In this document: one piece after another, positions 57,334 through 64,000 of the stretch
Layout: each line of letters opens with the position of its first letter
How positions within the stretch are numbered: position 1 is the stretch's first letter
Assembly (NCBI GenBank): GCA_016928955.1
Contig: JAFGJV010000004.1
Coordinates: 323,736 to 387,735 of the forward strand
Direction: 5' to 3'
From: Spirochaetales bacterium
Lineage (GTDB): Bacteria; Spirochaetota; Spirochaetia; Treponematales; UBA12059
Length of the DNA: 64,000 bases
Notes under the pieces: model-generated
Database searches by the model: none
What the model saw: only the letters and a program-made list of their open reading frames with translations
Told to the model about the DNA's origin: nothing
Made by a program: the position numbers and the translations under genes

Positions 57334-58053
57334 ATGGCTCCGTCCGCTAACGCGTCGCCCGCCGTCCAGAACAGCTCCATTCCCGCCCACGTGGGCATCA
57401 TCATGGACGGTAACGGCCGCTGGGCAAAGTCCCGGGGCCTGCCCCGCACCGATGGCCACAAGGAAGGCCTCAAGGTGGCCAAGCGCATCGTCAAGGCCGC
57501 CGAGGATCAGGGCGTGCGCTTCCTCTCCCTGTATACATGGAGCACGGAAAACTGGAAGCGCGCCGCAGAGGAAGTGGGCTTTCTCATGGGCCTTCTGCGT
57601 ACGCATTTGGCCGCGGAACTGGATTTTTACCGCGAGAACGGCGTCAGGATAGTCCATTCGGGCGATCTTGGCGGCCTGCCTCCCGATATCGCTTCCGAGA
57701 TTCGGAGCGTGGCATCCGACACGGCCGGCTACAGCGGCATTACGGTCAACCTGGCCATCAATTACGGCGGCCGTGACGAGGTTGTCAGGGCCGTGGCGGC
57801 CATGCAGAAAGACGGCGTGGCTGCAAGCGCGGCGGAATTGCGCGCGCGCCTGGACCAGCCGGCCATACCCGATCCGGACCTCATCATCAGGACCGGCGGC
57901 GAGCGTCGTCTGTCCAACTTCCTTCTTTGGCAAGCCGCGTACGCGGAATTGTATTTCAGCGACACCCTCTGGCCGGACTGGACGGCCGCCCATCTGGCGG
58001 AGGCCCTGGCCGACTACGCGGTCCGTGAGCGCAGATTTGGTGGTACCCCGTGA
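57334..58053 (+). CDS. uppS: Undecaprenyl diphosphate synthase
   Basis: HVGIIMDGNGRWA, STENWKR, NYGGR and RTGGERRLSNFLLWQ motifs. Confidence 0.97.
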   Translation: MAPSANASPAVQNSSIPAHVGIIMDGNGRWAKSRGLPRTDGHKEGLKVAKRIVKAAEDQGVRFLSLYTWSTENWKRAAEEVGFLMGLLRTHLAAELDFYRENGVRIVHSGDLGGLPPDIASEIRSVASDTAGYSGITVNLAINYGGRDEVVRAVAAMQKDGVAASAAELRARLDQPAIPDPDLIIRTGGERRLSNFLLWQAAYAELYFSDTLWPDWTAAHLAEALADYAVRERRFGGTP

Positions 58054-58916
58054 AAAACATCCTGTCCCGCGTGCTGTTGTTCTGTCTTGCCATCCCGGCC
58101 CTCTACGGTACCGCCCTGTTCCTGCCCTATGCCCGCCATGTCATCCTGGCCGTCCTCATTGTGGTCTTTGCCTGCGGGGCCGGCCTTGAGCTCCTCGCGC
58201 TCGCGGAACCCGGCGCATCGAGGGGCCGGAAGCTGACCGCTGCCCTGCTTGCTGGCCTGCCCACGGTAGCCGCCTACATGGGTGGCTATGTCCTTGCCGG
58301 ACCTGCAGTGTCGGCTTGGCTGGTTTCCGTGGGACTGGCTGTGCTTGGCCTCTTTCTGGTCACGGGACTCGGCATGGCCTTTCCCCGCTCGCCTGAAGCC
58401 ATGGCGCTCAGCCTGAAAAAAGCCTCAGCGAACGCCCTCCTGCTCGCCTACCCGGGCATGCTGGCGTCGTCCCTGATACCGGTCATAGGCACGCCGGGAA
58501 TCGGCGGCCGCCTCATCGTGTGGTTCAGCCTCATCGTGTTCGCCAATGACAGCCTTGCCTGGCTCATAGGCATATCCCTGGGACGCAGGCGGGGCATATT
58601 CAAGGCATCCCCCAACAAAAGCCTTGAGGGCCTCGTAGCGGGCATGGCCGGGAGCATAGGCGGGGCCATGGCCGGCCCCCTGTTGCTTCCCTCCCTCGTA
58701 CCCCAAAGCTGGCTTCTTCTCGGGGCTGTAGGCTGTGGCCTGGGAGTGCTGGTGGTGGCCGGCGATCTGTTTGAATCGGCGCTGAAACGCGCCGCCGCAG
58801 TCAAGGACTCCGGGGCGGCCATTCCGGGACGGGGAGGCTTCCTGGATTCCTTTGACAGCATCCTGTTCGCGGCTCCGGCCTTCATGGTGTTCGTCTCCGT
58901 CCTTGGCCTTGCGTGA
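58050..58916 (+). CDS. cdsA: Phosphatidate cytidylyltransferase
   Basis: SPNKSLEG and GDLFESALKRAAAVKDSG..PGRGGFLD motifs. Confidence 0.95.
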   Translation: MKNILSRVLLFCLAIPALYGTALFLPYARHVILAVLIVVFACGAGLELLALAEPGASRGRKLTAALLAGLPTVAAYMGGYVLAGPAVSAWLVSVGLAVLGLFLVTGLGMAFPRSPEAMALSLKKASANALLLAYPGMLASSLIPVIGTPGIGGRLIVWFSLIVFANDSLAWLIGISLGRRRGIFKASPNKSLEGLVAGMAGSIGGAMAGPLLLPSLVPQSWLLLGAVGCGLGVLVVAGDLFESALKRAAAVKDSGAAIPGRGGFLDSFDSILFAAPAFMVFVSVLGLA

Positions 58917-58923
58917 TTCCTCC

Positions 58924-60063
58924 ATGGACAGTCGCGTCAAGGTTGCGGTCATAGGGGCCACAGGATCCATAGGGACCCAGACCCTGGACATTATCCGCAG
59001 GCACCCGGAGCGCTTCACAGCCGTGGCCCTGTCAGCCCACACCGGGCAGGACGCCCTCATCAAGGCTGCCAGCGTCCTTGATGGCTCGCCCCTCCTGTGC
59101 CTGTCCGGGCGGCCATCCTCCAACGACAGGGTTCGCTACAGCGGTCAAGGAGCCCTTGAGCGTCTTCTTGAGGATTCGGAAGCCGACATAGTGGTGAACG
59201 CCGCCGCCGGGGCCGCGGGCCTGGGCGTCAGCCTGGCCGCCGTCCGCATGGGCAAGCGGCTGGCCCTGGCCAACAAGGAAACCGTGGTCATGGCGGGCCG
59301 CCTGGTGCTGTCGGAGGCGTCGCGGGTTGGGTGCCCGGTCATCCCCGTCGATTCAGAGCATTCTGCCCTGTTCAACCTGATTCAGCGTTTCGGCCGATCT
59401 TCAGTCCGTTCCGTGGTCATAACGGCGTCCGGGGGCGCCTTCCGTGACCTGCCCGCGGAACGCATCGCTGGCGTAACGCTCAAGGACGCCCTGGCCCACC
59501 CCACCTGGTCGATGGGGCCAAAAATCACGGTGGACAGCGCGACCATGGGGAACAAAGGCCTTGAAGTAATAGAAGCATCCCGGCTTTTTGACCTTCAACC
59601 GGGGGACATAGACGTGGTCATCCACCCGGAAAGCCGGGTCCATTCGCTCATACGCACCAGGGAAGGATCCCTGTACGCCCAGCTGTCCAGGCCGGACATG
59701 CGCATACCCATACTGAACGCCCTGTCCTGGCCCGATCTGGCCGACGAGGACTGCGCCGACCTGGACCTGGCGTCCGCTTCTATCACGTTCAGGGCCGTTG
59801 AGCCCGGACGCTATCCCCTGCTTGGCCTGGCCTACAGCGCCCTGCGGGCGGGCGAGGGGCACACGGACGCGTACAACGCGGCCAACGAGGAAGCCGTGGC
59901 TGCGTTCATGGACGGACGCCTGCCCTTTACCGAGATCTCGTCCGTTGTGGACGCGGTCCTGTCCCTGGACTGGCCAGTGGTCCTGGACAGCATACCAGCC
60001 GTGCTGGACACAGACACCCGCGCCCGAGAAGCTGCGCGCGGGGCGATAATGGAGCGCTCATGA
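58924..60063 (+). CDS. dxr: 1-deoxy-D-xylulose-5-phosphate reductoisomerase
   Basis: GATGSIG, LANKE, PVDSEH, TASGG, HPTWSMG and NKGLE motifs. Confidence 0.97.
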   Translation: MDSRVKVAVIGATGSIGTQTLDIIRRHPERFTAVALSAHTGQDALIKAASVLDGSPLLCLSGRPSSNDRVRYSGQGALERLLEDSEADIVVNAAAGAAGLGVSLAAVRMGKRLALANKETVVMAGRLVLSEASRVGCPVIPVDSEHSALFNLIQRFGRSSVRSVVITASGGAFRDLPAERIAGVTLKDALAHPTWSMGPKITVDSATMGNKGLEVIEASRLFDLQPGDIDVVIHPESRVHSLIRTREGSLYAQLSRPDMRIPILNALSWPDLADEDCADLDLASASITFRAVEPGRYPLLGLAYSALRAGEGHTDAYNAANEEAVAAFMDGRLPFTEISSVVDAVLSLDWPVVLDSIPAVLDTDTRAREAARGAIMERS

Positions 60064-61406
60064 CCATCATAACCATACTGCTGGGCCTGGCCGGCCTTGG
60101 CGTCGTCGTCTTTTTCCACGAACTCGGGCATTTCCTGGCCGCCCGGGCCGTGGGCGTTGAGGTTGAGGAATTTTCCCTGGGCTGGGGCCCCCAGCTCTTC
60201 GGGTTCACGCGGGGAAAAACGCATTACCGGGTATCCGTCCTGCCCATAGGCGGCTACTGCAAAATGAAGGGCGAGGATTCGTATAGGCAGGCCATAGACC
60301 AACACCTGGACGAATTTCCGCGCGAGCCGGGCTCGTATTTCGGCGCGCATCCCCTGAAGCGCATCCTCATAGCCTTGGCCGGTCCCGCCTTCAACGTGAT
60401 TCTGGCCTTTGCCATATACGTGGCTATAGCCGGCATCGGGTATACCATGCAAAGCTGGCCGAACCGCGTCGTCCTTGCCAGCGACTATAACGGCGCTCCC
60501 TCGCCAGCGGACGCGGCAGGCATCCAGACGGGAGACCGCATACTGTCGGTGGGCGGCACGGATATCAGGGGCTACTCCGACATCCAGGAGCGCTTTGCCC
60601 TGTCCGCGGGCGACACGCTAGAGCTGGTGCTTGAGCGCAACGGGGCCGTCATAACAACGCAGGTAACGCCCGTGCTGGACAAGGAGACAGGGGCCGGCCG
60701 CGTCGGGCTGTACCCTTGGATAGAACCCGTGGTCCGCTCCACCGAAGGATCCGCGGCCTTGAGCGCCCTCGAGCCGGGGGACAGGGTCAGCGCCATAGAC
60801 GGCCGGCCGGTGGCCCATGTCATGGACCTTGAGCTGTACCTGGACTCCGCCCAGCCTCAGAAACCGGTCATCACCTACGTCCGGAACGGCCAAAGCCTTG
60901 AAACCTCAATCATGCTGTCGTACTCCAAAGGCGCGCCTGGCCTGGGCGTGCAGTGGCTGTACGAGAGCACACGCGTCACCTCTGACGGCATTCTGGACGC
61001 CCTCGGCGACGGCCTGAGGGAAACGGGAGCTACCATAGCGGCCACCTACCGTGGCCTGGCGTCATTGTTCCAGGGAGTCGACGTGCTCAAGGCAGTATCT
61101 GGACCGGCGCGCATAACGTGGACGGTAGGCCAGGTGGCCACCGAGAGCCTGTCCAGCGAGGCTGGCGGCATGTACGTGACGGCCAGTTTTCTGGCCCTCC
61201 TGTCGATAGGGCTATTTGCCATGAACCTGCTGCCCATACCCCTTCTGGACGGGGGCTGGATCGTGCTCTTCGTGCTTGAATTCATCAGGGGCAAGGCCGC
61301 AAAGGTGAAAACCGTGCTCAGGTACCAGACCATAGGCTTTGTCGCGGTGGCGGGACTCTTCCTCCTGACCACCGTGGCCGACATCCTGTTTTTTTCCGGG
61401 CGGTAA
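60060..61406 (+). CDS. rseP: RIP metalloprotease RseP (two PDZ domains)
   Basis: HELGH, PIGGYCKM, AGP and NLLPIPLLDGG motifs. Confidence 0.95.
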   Translation: MTIITILLGLAGLGVVVFFHELGHFLAARAVGVEVEEFSLGWGPQLFGFTRGKTHYRVSVLPIGGYCKMKGEDSYRQAIDQHLDEFPREPGSYFGAHPLKRILIALAGPAFNVILAFAIYVAIAGIGYTMQSWPNRVVLASDYNGAPSPADAAGIQTGDRILSVGGTDIRGYSDIQERFALSAGDTLELVLERNGAVITTQVTPVLDKETGAGRVGLYPWIEPVVRSTEGSAALSALEPGDRVSAIDGRPVAHVMDLELYLDSAQPQKPVITYVRNGQSLETSIMLSYSKGAPGLGVQWLYESTRVTSDGILDALGDGLRETGATIAATYRGLASLFQGVDVLKAVSGPARITWTVGQVATESLSSEAGGMYVTASFLALLSIGLFAMNLLPIPLLDGGWIVLFVLEFIRGKAAKVKTVLRYQTIGFVAVAGLFLLTTVADILFFSGR

Positions 61407-61517
61407 GCCTGCTCCGGCCGGCACGATCGCGTTACCGGCCGCTTGCTAGCACGCCCCAGGCTGATCCCGTACGCGGCTAGCATACGGGACCGCGTCAACG
61501 TACGTAAGGAGGCATCC

Positions 61518-62135
61518 ATGACAACCGTTACCTGCCGCTGCGACAACCAGATCGAGGTAGACGTTCCCGAACGCGTCAACCTGGACACGGACGCTTCGTC
61601 GCTCATGTCCATGCTGGACGCGTCGTTCCTTAGCCAGACCTGCCCGCGCTGCGGGGCACCCGTCCGGCCGGAATTCTCCGTGAGGGTGTCATGGCCGACC
61701 AAGGGCATGGATGTGCAGGTGCTGCCCGAACTGGATCGGATATCCGTTTACCGGGATAAGGCCGACGCGCCCAAGGGCGTTGAGATACTGGTCGGCTATC
61801 CCGAACTGTTTGAGCGCGTGCGCGAACTCAGGGACGGCCTGGATCCCAGGGCCGTGGAAATAGTAAAGTACTATCTGCTGGAAAAGGCGGAGGAAAGCGA
61901 GCCGGACGCGGACGTGACCGTGCTCTACCACGCCAAGGAGGGCGAGCGCCTGGTGTTCCATGTTCTTGGCTTCAAGTCCGGCGACACCGGCGTGGTCAAG
62001 CTGCCCGTAGACACCTACAGTCGCGCTTTTGATGGCCTCAAGGACAGCATGTCCCGTGAGCCCTTCCAGTCTGTGTTCCAGGGCGCGTACCGGTCCATAA
62101 ACAAACTGGCGTTCCTGGACGACGAGGAAGCCTGA
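61518..62135 (+). CDS. CpXC domain-containing protein
   Basis: VTCRC...TCPRCG Cys pairs. AAGGAGG SD. Confidence 0.75.
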   Translation: MTTVTCRCDNQIEVDVPERVNLDTDASSLMSMLDASFLSQTCPRCGAPVRPEFSVRVSWPTKGMDVQVLPELDRISVYRDKADAPKGVEILVGYPELFERVRELRDGLDPRAVEIVKYYLLEKAEESEPDADVTVLYHAKEGERLVFHVLGFKSGDTGVVKLPVDTYSRAFDGLKDSMSREPFQSVFQGAYRSINKLAFLDDEEA

Positions 62136-62140
62136 CGCTA

Positions 62141-62168
62141 GTCCGGTTCCGCCTACGCGGAGCCGGAC
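62141..62168. terminator. Hairpin between convergent genes
   Basis: GTCCGGTTCCGC-CTAC-GCGGAGCCGGAC. Confidence 0.55.
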
Positions 62169-62171
62169 CCT

Positions 62172-62468
62172 TTAGGCATGCGAGGGGTTGGCCTTGACCC
62201 GGCGTATGGCGTCGTCCACGGCCTTCCTGACAGCCTCGGCATAGTCGCCCTCGGCCTTGGCCTGGGCGTAGAACGTGCCCATCAGGGACGCGTGGTACAG
62301 GGGCCTCAGGGAGTTGAGAGCCAGGGCGGCCATGTCTATGACGCAGTCCTGGCATTCGCATATGCCCTCTGCCGCGGCATTGTCCAGGCGCTTGCCCAGC
62401 TCGTCCAGGACCATGCGTTCGGAATCATTGACCAGAATGGACAAGTCGTAGCGTTTTTCCAAATCCAT
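62172..62468 (-). CDS. ComFB (late competence development) family protein
   Basis: VNDSE..V, CECQDCVIDMAALALNSLRPLY and VKANPSH motifs. GGAGGAG SD. Confidence 0.85.
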   Translation of the reverse strand: MDLEKRYDLSILVNDSERMVLDELGKRLDNAAAEGICECQDCVIDMAALALNSLRPLYHASLMGTFYAQAKAEGDYAEAVRKAVDDAIRRVKANPSHA

Positions 62469-62496
62469 GTGTGCTCCTCCGCCTGACAGAGGAAGT

Positions 62497-63843
62497 CTAG
62501 CTCCCGTCCCGATCCTTTTCAAGCGACTCAAAGCGCGTGTAGTTCGGGAAGAAGAGCAGGTTGACAAGGCCCACGGGGCCGTTCCTCTGCTTGGCTATCA
62601 ACAGCTCGGTGGCTATGTGGCCCGAGCGTTCGTCCTGGCGCTTGTCTATCTCACGTTCTCGGTGCAGGAACATGATCACGTCCGCGTCCTGCTCTATGGA
62701 GCCGGATTCCCTAAGGTCCGCCATGGACGGCTGCTTGCCTTCAGCCTCGCGCTTGAGCTGGCTCAGGGCCACCACGGGTATCCTGAGTTCACGTGCCAGG
62801 GCCTTGAGGGATCGGGATATGCTGGATATCTGTTCCCAGCGCGGCAGGTCGGCGTTCTCGTGGGTGATCAGGGTCAGGTAGTCGATGAAGATGATCTTGA
62901 CGTCCTTCTCGCTCTTCATGCGCCTGGCCAAAGAGCGCAGGTCAAGGAGCTTGATGTTCGGCACGTCGACGAAATAGAAAGGCGCCTCGTATATGCGGCT
63001 TGCTGCGTCCATGAGGCTCTGGATGTCGCTTGGCTTTATAAGGCCCGAGCGCACCTTTTCCGAGTTTATCCTGGCCTCGCTCGCCAGGAGGCGGTTCATC
63101 AGAGACACGTCAGGCATTTCCAGGGAGAAAAAGCCCACTCCCACTTTTTCCCTGAGCGCCATGTGGGACGCCACGTTGAGGGCAAAGGCGGTCTTGCCCA
63201 CGCTCGGGCGGGCGCCTATGATGATCAGCTCGGAATTTTGGAAGCCGCTTGTCATGCTGTCCAGCTGGGAGAAACCCGTGGGTATGCCCGTGTACTGGGA
63301 CGTGCTTTTGGACAGCTTCTCTATCAGGCGCATGGTCTCGGGAACCACTTCTTTGACGCTCTTGTAGGTCACCGACTGGCGGTCCTGGCTGACGTCAAAA
63401 ATGCTCTCCTGCAATTCGTCCAGGAGGAGCGACGTCTCTATAGAGTCGTCCTGGGCCTTCTGCCTGATGTCCGCCGACAGCCTGATCACCGCGCGCCGCA
63501 CCGACGAGTCGCGCACGATCTTGGCGTAGTACTCGACGTTGGCGCTGGACGGCACGGCGTCCGTGAGCTTGGCTATGTAGGCTGGCCCGCCGGCCTGGTC
63601 AAGGGTGCCAAGCGCGCGCATTTCGTCTGCCAGGGTGATGAGGTCGGCCTTCTGCCCCTTCTCGAACAGGGACACGATGGCGCTGAACACATGCTTGTTC
63701 GCGTTTACGTAATAGTCGTCCGGACGCAGGTACCGCAACACGTGCGGCACCGCGTCCGGATCCAGAAGCAGGGCTCCCAGGGAAGCCTGCTCGGCCTCCG
63801 CGTTATGCGGCGGGACTTTGTCCTTGAGGCCGGCAGGTATCAT
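62497..63843 (-). CDS. dnaB: Replicative DNA helicase
   Basis: PPHNAEAEQ, GARPSVGKT, FSLEM, IDYL, LSQL, DLRESGSIEQDAD and KQRNGP motifs. Confidence 0.98.
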   Translation of the reverse strand: MIPAGLKDKVPPHNAEAEQASLGALLLDPDAVPHVLRYLRPDDYYVNANKHVFSAIVSLFEKGQKADLITLADEMRALGTLDQAGGPAYIAKLTDAVPSSANVEYYAKIVRDSSVRRAVIRLSADIRQKAQDDSIETSLLLDELQESIFDVSQDRQSVTYKSVKEVVPETMRLIEKLSKSTSQYTGIPTGFSQLDSMTSGFQNSELIIIGARPSVGKTAFALNVASHMALREKVGVGFFSLEMPDVSLMNRLLASEARINSEKVRSGLIKPSDIQSLMDAASRIYEAPFYFVDVPNIKLLDLRSLARRMKSEKDVKIIFIDYLTLITHENADLPRWEQISSISRSLKALARELRIPVVALSQLKREAEGKQPSMADLRESGSIEQDADVIMFLHREREIDKRQDERSGHIATELLIAKQRNGPVGLVNLLFFPNYTRFESLEKDRDGS

Positions 63844-63857
63844 GGTCGCCGTATTCC

Positions 63858-64000
63858 TTATTCCTGGGCTTCAGCCTCTGCGGCGGGCTCGGGCTGAGCC
63901 ACGGTTTCCACGACCGGGGCGGGCTCGGCCTCCTCATGGCGCTTGCGGCGGGGAGCTTCGGTCTTGACCGGGGACTGGGCCTTCTCCACGTGTCCTTTGA
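63858..64000 (-). CDS. 3' end of the upstream gene, probably the ribosomal protein L9 C-terminal tail (partial)
   Basis: Open frame KGHVEKAQSPVKTEAPRRKRHEEAEPAPVVETVAQPEPAAEAEAQE*. Identity inferred only from the usual rplI-dnaB order. Confidence 0.5.
   Translation of the reverse strand, partial: KGHVEKAQSPVKTEAPRRKRHEEAEPAPVVETVAQPEPAAEAEAQE

Overview
High-GC core-genome segment, most consistent with a spirochaete (Spirochaetales/Treponematales-like). The evidence is gene order: prfB-ftsY-lolCDE, cmk-rpsA fusion, murC-yicC-second cytidylate kinase, and rpsB-tsf-frr without pyrH. Contents: the end of an rnfCDGEA-like operon with degenerate G/E/A subunits, a GH57-like protein, murC, recA-folK-scpAB-rluB-cmk/rpsA, a GAF-sigma54 activator, a CHASE2 adenylate cyclase, mreBCD-mrdA-rodA-radical SAM, RNase P RNA, mltG-dnaG-rpoD, three tRNAs (Thr-UGU, Tyr-GUA, Arg-CCG), galK-like-surE-TPR-NHL, rpsB-tsf-frr-uppS-cdsA-dxr-rseP and dnaB. 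No CRISPR array, transposase or prophage was seen. The most notable observation is an intact stand-alone Cas2-like gene with its own leaderless promoter heading the frameshift-regulated prfB operon. Others: cofactor-ligand loss in Rnf subunits, a triple-palindrome REP-like element before recA, a probable CTG start for folK, recurrent leaderless promoters, and a structured candidate RNA upstream of galK. All calls come from motif recognition by eye; no searches were run.
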